The notes beneath the pieces are model-generated. The model saw only the letters and a program-made list of their open reading frames with translations, did not search any database and had not been told where the DNA came from. Both the position numbers and the translations under genes were made by a program. 43,371 nucleotides of DNA from a virus (lineage: Duplodnaviria > Caudoviricetes). The stretch covers positions 1 through 43,371 of IMG/VR virus record IMGVR_UViG_3300046786_000532. One strand, written 5' to 3'. Numbering within the stretch: position 1 is the first letter of the stretch; each line of letters starts with the position of its first letter. Positions 9,139-16,171 of the stretch are shown in pieces.

Positions 9139-9440
9139 TCCTGTTTGATGAACGACTCTAGTCGGTCAATCTCTTTTATTGCTTTGTCGTTGCGTATGAT
9201 CTCGTCTATACCACCTTTGATGAAACCTTTTTTACAGGCTTCCCTCTCCCTATTTGCTAATTCTGATTCGAAAAGCTCAGTCAACAGCCTAGCTTCGCTT
9301 AGTGTCATTTGACTTTTATGCACACCGTTGAATTTTTGCCAATAATAAGTACCGCCTTTATTTGGTTTGTACACCCAGCCAAGTCTTTTCATAAGCTCGT
9401 CGGTTTTCTGTTCTAGTTCTTGGTTATTAAGAGGGGTCAT
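9126..9440 (-). CDS. Hypothetical protein
   Basis: Operon-coupled 104 aa ORF. Confidence 0.65.
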   Translation of the reverse strand: MTPLNNQELEQKTDELMKRLGWVYKPNKGGTYYWQKFNGVHKSQMTLSEARLLTELFESELANREREACKKGFIKGGIDEIIRNDKAIKEIDRLESFIKQECMK

Positions 9441-9682
9441 GATTTGATTTCTTCCTGAAGTTCATCGAGCCGTTTCTGTAAGTATTTCTGCCCGTCTTCA
9501 GTGAACTCTTTAATGCCACCAGTAAGCCAGGTTAGTGCTTCTATTTGGTTATGAGCTAGTAGCTTTCGCAAATCTCCACGCATTCTTTTACCAGACTGGT
9601 AACGATACCGTTTCATAAATTTAGTTAGCTCTCTGACAGAAAACAGTCGTTTTTCTTTACTGTAAAAATTTCCACTCATCAC
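9437..9682 (-). CDS. Hypothetical protein
   Basis: Operon-coupled 81 aa ORF. Confidence 0.6.
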   Translation of the reverse strand: MMSGNFYSKEKRLFSVRELTKFMKRYRYQSGKRMRGDLRKLLAHNQIEALTWLTGGIKEFTEDGQKYLQKRLDELQEEIKS

Positions 9683-9780
9683 TTCCTTCTTTCTATAATC
9701 ATGTTTACAAGACCAGCTAATATAAATGCAGGTAGCATTGTTATCACTGTTATTATTAGTAGTTGGGTTAGGAGGTACAT
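9679..9780 (-). CDS. 33 aa single-TM microprotein (absent from ORF track)
   Basis: MYLLTQLLIITVITMLPAFILAGLVNMIIERRK; TAATG and GTGA overlaps. Confidence 0.5.
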   Translation of the reverse strand: MYLLTQLLIITVITMLPAFILAGLVNMIIERRK

Positions 9781-9887
9781 TATTTAGCCTTCTTCTTGAA
9801 TAGCTTACTGAGCTTTAGCTTACGCTTCGTCTCGCTCGGTAGGTATTCGTAGTAGAGTCTGAACTTCTCAAGCTTGTTTCTGGCCAT
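9780..9887 (-). CDS. 35 aa basic microprotein (absent from ORF track)
   Basis: MARNKLEKFRLYYEYLPSETKRKLKLSKLFKKKAK; SD gggag. Confidence 0.45.
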   Translation of the reverse strand: MARNKLEKFRLYYEYLPSETKRKLKLSKLFKKKAK

Positions 9888-10191
9888 AGATACTCCCATA
9901 TAGTCTTATACGTCGTCTCACTGCACCACAGCTTAGTCCCATCTTGTGAGCTATTTGTTCTGCGGATAGCATTTTACCTTTGTATTCATAGAGCTTACTT
10001 GCACCACGTTTACTTGTTTTACCGCCTTGGCTTCCTACTAATCTGGCTCGCTCTCTACCAGCTTCACCTGCTGCGAAACCACCGCCTCGGCTGATTGATC
10101 CGCCCTTACGTCCCATCTCTTTAAAATGGTCTGGGTTCTTACTTAAAATTGTTGCTACTGCTTTAATTGACCCTTCTTTAGTCCCACTGAT
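9868..10191 (-). CDS. KGG-repeat (general stress-like) protein fused to a C-terminal HTH; probable ATC start
   Basis: (I)SGTKEGSIKAVAT...HFKEMGRKGGSISRGGGF...GSQGGKTSKRG, then LSAEQIAHKMGLSCGAVRRRI. Frame is open to ATC at 10191, preceded by gagaggg. Confidence 0.65.
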   Translation of the reverse strand: MSGTKEGSIKAVATILSKNPDHFKEMGRKGGSISRGGGFAAGEAGRERARLVGSQGGKTSKRGASKLYEYKGKMLSAEQIAHKMGLSCGAVRRRIRLYGSIYGQKQA

Positions 10192-10212
10192 ATTGCTACC
10201 CTCTCTTTCTTA

Positions 10213-10719
10213 TTAAAATGGTATGTTTGATAAATCTACTTCGTCAATGTCTGTATACGCCTCAACTGGTGGGGTTTCTGACGTTTGCACAGGCTCTGTA
10301 ACAGGTTTTTGAGCTGAAGTGGTCTCTTTCTGCACTCCAACATAATCTTCGCCTGTAACAGCTTTATATGTAGCTAGAAGCATATCTCTAATCTCTTTCA
10401 GTTCTGAGATACTACTATCTATACCTGCAATCGCCTGTTGCTGTACTGGTGCACTAAACGGCTTACTTGGTGCTTGCCCTGGTTGGTTATATGGATCTGC
10501 TTGGAACTTATATCCGAACTGTCCTTCTACAATCGTGCCATACATGACCTTGCCTTCTGTGATAGTGCTAGGATCCTTAACTGCCTTATAGACGGTCTCA
10601 GGTGATTCGTTGAACTTAATCATCATCTGGGTATTGCCGTAGTTATCTTTCTTCGGGTTGCCCTGTTCATCTGTCTTTATTTGAAATGTTTGAATTGTCA
10701 TTGCTGGCATACCACCCAA
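10213..10719 (-). CDS. Putative single-stranded DNA-binding protein
   Basis: Beta-rich N-terminus, flexible linker, acidic tail ending DIDEVDLSNIPF; adjacent to the exonuclease. Confidence 0.6.
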   Translation of the reverse strand: MGGMPAMTIQTFQIKTDEQGNPKKDNYGNTQMMIKFNESPETVYKAVKDPSTITEGKVMYGTIVEGQFGYKFQADPYNQPGQAPSKPFSAPVQQQAIAGIDSSISELKEIRDMLLATYKAVTGEDYVGVQKETTSAQKPVTEPVQTSETPPVEAYTDIDEVDLSNIPF

Positions 10720-11557
10720 TCTCCTTCATCTTATTACTATGTGTTGTCCACTTACTTGACCAGTGGTGTATATCTAAACCTTCAACTGTCCAGCCATGTG
10801 CTTGCATGATCGAACCGTAGAAACTTAACTGATGCCAGTATTGCTCTAGTGTTTCAGGCTTTAGCTCTCCGTTGGTCTTGTAATCTTGTATTCGGCATAT
10901 CTTCTTAGCTTCGTCTACTATGAGTAGTCGGTCAATCTGCCCCGCCCACTTGCGGTCATGGTCTACTACCATTGGCTCGTAGATAGCGCTCTCCTGTTCT
11001 TTGCCTTTAAAGAAGTCATCAACAATCGCCTTTACCATTGGTATGTTTGATTGGTGGTATTCTTTTTCAAGTACCCTACAGGTCTTGGTGAACTTACCGT
11101 ACATCTCTAACGCTTCATGTATTGCTGTACCGAAGCTCATGCTGGCTTGTCCACCCATTTTCCATATCTGTAATATCTCACTCGCTGGTACACCTGACTT
11201 AACAGCCATCTTTTCAGCTATAGCTTCTTTAGCAAACTCCTTGCCGAATCGCTTAGCATACTGACTACCACTGAGATATACATCGCCAGCTTCGTTGGTG
11301 TAGACGTGGGCGTTGTCATCGTAGAGTATTGATCCACCTACAAAACATTCGATACGTTTTGCTTGTGATGTTGCTTTACCGCCCTTAAGCGCTTTGCCCT
11401 CTTCTGCATACTGTTGGCTAATGCCTACAATATGGCTCATGGCAAGGGCTTTAGCTGCCTCTACGTCATCATCTACCTCAACTGTAATAGCTGGCTGTAA
11501 ATTTGCGTACTGAGATGTTGGTATTACTGCTGTTACAGTTACGTTTGTCACTTTCAT
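10667..11557 (-). CDS. PD-(D/E)XK exonuclease (recombination-associated)
   Basis: FGTAIHEALE, E...AGQIDRL...IQDYKT, Y.HQLSFY motifs. Confidence 0.85.
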   Translation of the reverse strand: MKVTNVTVTAVIPTSQYANLQPAITVEVDDDVEAAKALAMSHIVGISQQYAEEGKALKGGKATSQAKRIECFVGGSILYDDNAHVYTNEAGDVYLSGSQYAKRFGKEFAKEAIAEKMAVKSGVPASEILQIWKMGGQASMSFGTAIHEALEMYGKFTKTCRVLEKEYHQSNIPMVKAIVDDFFKGKEQESAIYEPMVVDHDRKWAGQIDRLLIVDEAKKICRIQDYKTNGELKPETLEQYWHQLSFYGSIMQAHGWTVEGLDIHHWSSKWTTHSNKMKEIGWYASNDNSNISNKDR

Positions 11558-11694
11558 GCTTCGCTCGCTTCTAGCGCGTCTTCAAGACAAGCGTCTACCC
11601 AGTAATCAAACACATCTTCCGATATGTCTTTTAGTTGTCCTAACGTCAGCTCTGGTTTTAACTCCAAAATTCTGCGCTGTAACCTTATTTCCAT
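11554..11694 (-). CDS. 46 aa hypothetical protein (absent from ORF track)
   Basis: MEIRLQRRILELKPELTLG...EASEA; SD aaagga; ATGA overlap with the exonuclease. Confidence 0.55.
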   Translation of the reverse strand: MEIRLQRRILELKPELTLGQLKDISEDVFDYWVDACLEDALEASEA

Positions 11695-11720
11695 GTTGTT
11701 CTTCCTTTCGTTACCTTATC

Positions 11721-11750
11721 ATTGTATCATGCTTATACTTTATGTGTCAA
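11721..11750 (-). promoter_or_regulatory. Sigma70-type promoter TTGACA-18-TACAAT with extended TG
   Basis: Minus strand ttgaca cataaagtataagcatga tacaat. Confidence 0.7.
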
Positions 11751-11913
11751 GTGGCCATTTCCATTCTTTCTTAGTTACGTGGTAGGCGTTACACTTTTCA
11801 CACCTGTAAACTCGACCATTTCGTAGCTTCTGTTTATTTCTTTTAGAGCAAATAGCCTGAGCCTGTGCTTTGATAAGGTATTTTCTTTTGCCAGTTTTAC
11901 AGTACTTATCCAC
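11740..11913 (-). CDS. 57 aa Zn-binding protein, paralogue of 13132-13335 (absent from ORF track)
   Basis: GTG start after gaggag; CKTGKRKY...VYRCEKCNAYHVT. Confidence 0.6.
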   Translation of the reverse strand: MDKYCKTGKRKYLIKAQAQAICSKRNKQKLRNGRVYRCEKCNAYHVTKKEWKWPLDT

Positions 11914-11915
11914 AA

Positions 11916-12353
11916 CTAACTCCTCATCATATCCATTACTTCTTTTACTCGCTCGGTGCTGGCTGGTATTTTCTTATCTTTACAAACACAAGTACCTTTT
12001 CTGTCATCACACCATTCACTGTCTTGTGAGTACAGGTAATCATAGGCTGCTGCTCGAAACTCCTCCCATACTCTCGGTTCAGGCTTCGTAAGTTCTTTCT
12101 TATACAGGTAGTATATCTCCCTGTGTATCGACTTCTCATGTCGCTTAACCATGCCTGAACTAATCATTGGTAGTGTGGCTGGTGTTTCACTAACCTTCAT
12201 AACCTTTGTGATAGTGGACATCTTGTATTGGTTTTCGGCGATATTCACATACTCTGGCTTCTTTACAGAAGCTTGTAACTCCATTAACTTCAAACCTTGC
12301 TCGTTATCCACTGTTACTTGGCTGCGATCTGAAAATGTTATTCTATAGCTCAT
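11916..12353 (-). CDS. Hypothetical protein, possibly replication-associated
   Basis: 145 aa ORF with C-terminal C..C.C; function not recognised. Confidence 0.6.
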   Translation of the reverse strand: MSYRITFSDRSQVTVDNEQGLKLMELQASVKKPEYVNIAENQYKMSTITKVMKVSETPATLPMISSGMVKRHEKSIHREIYYLYKKELTKPEPRVWEEFRAAAYDYLYSQDSEWCDDRKGTCVCKDKKIPASTERVKEVMDMMRS

Positions 12354-12492
12354 CAGCCAACTGTTCTTTCCAGCTTGTTAAGATGTACTCCAACGTGTCA
12401 TAGGCTTTACGTCCGCCCTCTGACTTAGCTACTTGCTTACGCCTTCTTACTTGTTTTATGTCTAGTATAATTTCTATTTCTCGGTCTTCCAT
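12343..12492 (-). CDS. 49 aa hypothetical protein (absent from ORF track)
   Basis: MEDREIEIILDIKQVRRRKQ...; TAATG overlap; SD aggag. Confidence 0.5.
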   Translation of the reverse strand: MEDREIEIILDIKQVRRRKQVAKSEGGRKAYDTLEYILTSWKEQLADEL

Positions 12493-12827
12493 TAGATGTT
12501 TTCTCCTAGGTATTTGATTGGATCGTCTGCTATTACCATTTGTTGTAGGTGATGTTGCCAGTTTTCCTCTTTAGGGCTGTCGTTATACGCACCCATCGGG
12601 TCGTTACTCCACATAGGGTTTTTACCCCACAATGCTTTAGCAAAGTCGTGTGGTGGTAGGTATAGCAGCACAAGTTCGTACCAGCTCTCGCCATATATTG
12701 TATCAACCTGTATTTTGCTTGTCGCAAGCTTCTGGTAGTGCTTCACATTGTCTATTATTGGGCTACCCTTCCAGCCGTTCTTAATGGCTTTTCTCGTGGC
12801 TTCTCGTAATATATCTTGTCTATTCAT
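12492..12827 (-). CDS. Conserved phage hypothetical protein
   Basis: KAIKNGW...HDFAKALWG...WQHHLQQMVIADDPIKYL pattern. Confidence 0.7.
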   Translation of the reverse strand: MNRQDILREATRKAIKNGWKGSPIIDNVKHYQKLATSKIQVDTIYGESWYELVLLYLPPHDFAKALWGKNPMWSNDPMGAYNDSPKEENWQHHLQQMVIADDPIKYLGENI

Positions 12828-13135
12828 AATGTAACCACATTTCCGCTTTCGCCTTCGTTATTTCTATAATATGCCATCACCTTTAAGTGCTTGTAATAAA
12901 GATCTTTCGGGCTAGTGATCTGCGGTGCATAGTAGTCCGATTGAATACTGAGTGCATAGTTCACTACGTCCATGGTCTTATCTCCAAACAGCTTAACAAG
13001 CGTGTTCGCATAGTGTCGTTGTCTGATATATGGTGCTGGTTTCACACCCCAGTAGTTAGTGAAAGCTTCCATGACATCATTGACTGATTGCTTGCCATAA
13101 CTAACTGCTTCGGTTTCTACAACTTCGCCACTCAT
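12824..13135 (-). CDS. Putative replication initiator C-terminal-like domain protein
   Basis: YAPQITSPKDLYYK motif resembles C-termini of phage replisome organisers (recalled, not searched). Confidence 0.45.
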   Translation of the reverse strand: MSGEVVETEAVSYGKQSVNDVMEAFTNYWGVKPAPYIRQRHYANTLVKLFGDKTMDVVNYALSIQSDYYAPQITSPKDLYYKHLKVMAYYRNNEGESGNVVTL

Positions 13136-13335
13136 GATACTGTCCCCTTAGTTGTACTTGATTGCACTTGAGCTGTAACGTGCCAGAACTTGCAAACGTT
13201 ACACTGGTAGGTATTTAAGTAGTTATAACCAGCAGCTTTGTTACGCCTTTTTCTGGCAGCAGAAGCGGTTTTGCTACTGTGGTAGGTATGCTTTCGTTTG
13301 CAAGTTTCCTTACTGGTTAGTTGTACGCCGCTCAT
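13132..13335 (-). CDS. Small Zn-binding basic protein
   Basis: CKRKHTY...YQCNVCKFWHVT. Confidence 0.65.
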   Translation of the reverse strand: MSGVQLTSKETCKRKHTYHSSKTASAARKRRNKAAGYNYLNTYQCNVCKFWHVTAQVQSSTTKGTVS

Positions 13336-13619
13336 ATTACTGCTACTCCTTCAAACCTGTATTGCTGGTATTTATCAAACCGTGCTTGATCTACCGCTTC
13401 ACTAGCAGGGTACTGACGTTTTAAGTCTCTTCGTGCCCTAGTGATTGTTTCAGCGGTTGTACAGTGCATGAATGCTCGTTTCTGTTCGTTTGTGAGGTAT
13501 AAGCCTTCACGTTCCCAAAAAGCCAACAGAAGGGCTCTATCGCTGTCTCGTAGTACTTGTGGACTGGCTGTCTTATAGCCATTCACTAATAGTTGTTCTA
13601 CTTCCTCATGTTTGTTCAT
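13332..13619 (-). CDS. Conserved phage hypothetical protein
   Basis: RDSDRALLLAFWEREGL.L...AETITRARR motif. Confidence 0.7.
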   Translation of the reverse strand: MNKHEEVEQLLVNGYKTASPQVLRDSDRALLLAFWEREGLYLTNEQKRAFMHCTTAETITRARRDLKRQYPASEAVDQARFDKYQQYRFEGVAVI

Positions 13620-13646
13620 GTTACCCTCTTTTTTACCTTATATACC

Positions 13647-13817
13647 TTAATTGTTACATTCGTTACTATAACCCTCTACTTCGGGTACAATCGGAAAGTC
13701 AAAACCTTCCATGAAGTCGTTGAAGAGTTGGATCTCTTTAATGAAAGACAGATCTGCTTCTGGTTGCCCCATATCGTCCTCGGTTACTGTCATTACCACT
13801 TGTTTTAATTTCCCCAT
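13647..13817 (-). CDS. 56 aa acidic hypothetical protein (absent from ORF track)
   Basis: MGKLKQVVMTVTEDDMGQPEADLSF...; SD gaggag; directly downstream of the structured RNA. Confidence 0.55.
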   Translation of the reverse strand: MGKLKQVVMTVTEDDMGQPEADLSFIKEIQLFNDFMEGFDFPIVPEVEGYSNECNN

Positions 13818-13835
13818 CAGTTGTTCTCCTCTTAT

Positions 13836-14043
13836 GTAAATGGCGTGGTGCTAGTAGTAAATTGCCTTTCGCCCAAGAAGACCGTCTATTGCGCCGTTGT
13901 TCATATAAGTCTTTCACAACTTATATGCACGAATAAGTGACCTTATCCTATTCCGTTGCGGGACTGTCCAAGAGTGCTTACCTAGGAAGATTGTGGCTTG
14001 CGACCACCTCTTGGCGATTACTACCAGCACTACTACCATCTAC
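13836..14043 (-). ncRNA. Candidate ~208 nt structured RNA closed by a ~25 bp stem
   Basis: 14018-14043 pairs with 13836-13860 (G-U on the minus strand); internal GCAA/GAAA-capped hairpins; TATAAT at 14061-14066 upstream. Confidence 0.6.
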
Positions 14044-14110
14044 TTGTTAATTACCCACTTATTATACTACCGCTTATGTTATAAAGGTAGATCAATTTAT
14101 GTGATATATA

Positions 14111-14386
14111 TCACATATCACTAAGTTCATCAGCTTGCTCTTGTCTTATTTCATCTTCTTCACGTTCTATATCTGAATAGTCCATGTCTTCGCCATATGT
14201 ATCAGCGTCAATTACCTTCTGGATATTGTCTAGTCGTTTAATGTCAGTCATTTTAAGCTTGTCCAGCGTGGTTATAACGCCATCACAACTGTTACAATAC
14301 ACCACATCATTATCGCCATCTATCCAGCCTGTAGTAGTGCTTGGCTTGCATGTACATTTCCAACTTACTTTTATACTTGTACTCAT
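14111..14386 (-). CDS. Hypothetical Zn-ribbon protein with an acidic tail
   Basis: CTC...CNSC; DE-rich C-terminus. Confidence 0.65.
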   Translation of the reverse strand: MSTSIKVSWKCTCKPSTTTGWIDGDNDVVYCNSCDGVITTLDKLKMTDIKRLDNIQKVIDADTYGEDMDYSDIEREEDEIRQEQADELSDM

Positions 14387-14484
14387 AACGGTATTGTTTC
14401 CATGATGTTGATTAGCTTACCTTTTTTCCATGGCGATATAATAAAATAATCGCTCTCATAAATATATTTCACTTCAATTTTCAT
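14383..14484 (-). CDS. 33 aa microprotein
   Basis: MKIEVKYIYESDYFIISPWKKGKLINIMETIPL; ATGA overlaps at both ends; SD aaggag. Confidence 0.5.
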   Translation of the reverse strand: MKIEVKYIYESDYFIISPWKKGKLINIMETIPL

Positions 14485-14585
14485 ACATTCTCCTTACATT
14501 CACTACATCTACCCGTAACCGTTACTGGGCTATCGCAGCAGATTGATATTTCATCTGTTAGTTCGTCTCCTGGTTCGTAGCTCAT
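14481..14585 (-). CDS. 34 aa Cys microprotein
   Basis: MSYEPGDELTDEISICCDSPVTVTGRCSECKENV; TAATG/ATGA overlaps. Confidence 0.55.
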   Translation of the reverse strand: MSYEPGDELTDEISICCDSPVTVTGRCSECKENV

Positions 14586-14674
14586 TAGAATGGATACTCA
14601 TCTAGGTCAATTAAGATTAGTTTATAGTGGTGTTTGCCTGTGTTGTTTAACTTGCGGTGTATTGTGTACTCCAT
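14585..14674 (-). CDS. 29 aa microprotein
   Basis: MEYTIHRKLNNTGKHHYKLILIDLDEYPF; SD aagga. Confidence 0.45.
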   Translation of the reverse strand: MEYTIHRKLNNTGKHHYKLILIDLDEYPF

Positions 14675-14678
14675 ATGA

Positions 14679-14987
14679 TTAGTCCTTATAATATTCTTTT
14701 AATTGGTTCAGGTGGTGTGTGTATTCTTCACGACCTTCTTCACTATTGGCGTAGATCCATGTTTTTACATCGTGCTCAGTATATTCTTTGATAACATACG
14801 TGCTGTTTTCGTTGTTTCTACCGTTGGCGATGATGTTATATGGCCATTGCCCAAAAGCTGGGTTTGCCCAATAGCCTCTGGTTTTTTGTACTTCTGCCCA
14901 TGTGTAACCGTCTAGCATTGTGTAGTCTGCAAAATCGCAAGACTTTACTTCTGTTGCTGTTGTCTTTCTTGAATCTGTAAATGTCAT
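14679..14987 (-). CDS. Hypothetical early protein
   Basis: Likely ATG 14987 after aagggg; MTFTDSRKT... Confidence 0.65.
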   Translation of the reverse strand: MTFTDSRKTTATEVKSCDFADYTMLDGYTWAEVQKTRGYWANPAFGQWPYNIIANGRNNENSTYVIKEYTEHDVKTWIYANSEEGREEYTHHLNQLKEYYKD

Positions 14988-15271
14988 AATATCCCCTTTA
15001 CTTTTAGTTGTTCGTTCCCAGTTATACACTGGCGCAAGCCTGTAGTTATTGGTACTGACGTACCTCATGCCACCAGACTACGCTAGGTGGTCGTGCTACA
15101 AGCTCATGCAAATGTATAATCTCAATACCGCAACATCTGCCTAGTGTGGTACTATTGCAAGCCATTATGCTACTTGATATGCCTATCAAGCTATACAGTT
15201 TGCTAGACAGGTATCACGGTACTGAGTTATCATCTTATCTATACCACTTGCCAGTAACTAACTGGCATTAT

Positions 15272-15514
15272 TCACTTGCTTGCTAAATGTTGGTTTATTG
15301 CACCATTCCAATAGTCCATTGCTTGACTTAAGTCTTTACAATAGGTTGGTACTTGCATTACACCGTCATCATGTAAACCGCTACGACTAGCTATAATAAC
15401 TTCATATGGTAGTTTTGAGCTATCTGTTGATTGGATAACAAAACCCTTATCATCATCAGCCCACAACTGTTGCCAGTTGGTATTTTTAGCTAGGTAGTCA
15501 TGTAAATTAATCAT
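15272..15514 (-). CDS. Hypothetical early protein enclosed by a 25 bp inverted repeat
   Basis: 80 aa; SD aagga; flanked by 15237-15261 and 15532-15556. Confidence 0.7.
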   Translation of the reverse strand: MINLHDYLAKNTNWQQLWADDDKGFVIQSTDSSKLPYEVIIASRSGLHDDGVMQVPTYCKDLSQAMDYWNGAINQHLASK

Positions 15515-15582
15515 TTTATATCCTTATCTTATTAGTTACTAATAAGTGGTATAGATCCACATAATCTGCACGTTGCCAGCTG

Positions 15583-15810
15583 TTAAGCTAGCGTATCTAT
15601 ATGAGCTTTTAAGGCTTGCCTAGATAAATTACCTACACTGTCAAGATGATAAGCTTGCACACCACCATTGATAAGCTGTGTTGCAAATGTTTTGCCGTCT
15701 TGATCGTATATATCGTAACCCTTGTATTCCTCAACATTATTCATATTAAATAGTGCTGTGTTATCGGGATCGCCTAGTAATTTAGCTAGTGTCATTTCTT
15801 TTGTTGCCAT
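15583..15810 (-). CDS. Hypothetical early protein enclosed by a 24 bp inverted repeat
   Basis: 75 aa; SD ggag; flanked by 15558-15581 and 15836-15859. Confidence 0.7.
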   Translation of the reverse strand: MATKEMTLAKLLGDPDNTALFNMNNVEEYKGYDIYDQDGKTFATQLINGGVQAYHLDSVGNLSRQALKAHIDTLA

Positions 15811-16123
15811 TGTAGTTACTCCATTATTAAATAATAACCGACAATGTACAGATTATGTGTTATGTATCAATCATCTGTTACGTTGCATTTTACTATCTAT
15901 AATCCATGTTATGTATTCATGCCGTGTATCTCAGGCTATCAGGCTTGCACCCCGATTATGTAAGTGTATGCTTTGTGATCTGTTTAGATCTGATGATTGA
16001 ATTGTCAAGGTATATTGTTGAACCGTAAACCTCAGAGGATTGAATCATATTATTTAATTCTGTTTAATCATGTGGTTTGTTTAAGTTCTGGCTTGAGCTG
16101 TTCTGTTCCTCTTGCCTGAATAC

Positions 16124-16153
16124 AATTTATCATGACAATGGTTATTATGTCAA
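16124..16153 (-). promoter_or_regulatory. Leftward early promoter TTGACA-18-TAAATT with extended TG
   Basis: Minus strand ttgaca taataaccattgtcatga taaatt. Confidence 0.65.
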
Positions 16154-16162
16154 TACCCTAAC

Positions 16163-16171
16163 TGTGGATAA
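16163..16171 (-). promoter_or_regulatory. Perfect DnaA box (TTATCCACA)
   Basis: tgtggataa on +; a second perfect box at 11906-11914. Confidence 0.5.

Noticed and set aside
13916-14039. 41-codon ORF (MVVVLVVIAKRW...) inside the structured RNA
   Set aside because: No SD, and the start lies within the closing stem; likely incidental
15237-15859. Stems interpreted as integron attC sites or transposon/MITE ends
   Set aside because: The arms enclose genes rather than sitting between them, are unrelated in sequence, lack evident RYYYAAC/GTTRRRY ends or target-site duplications, and no integrase or transposase is present
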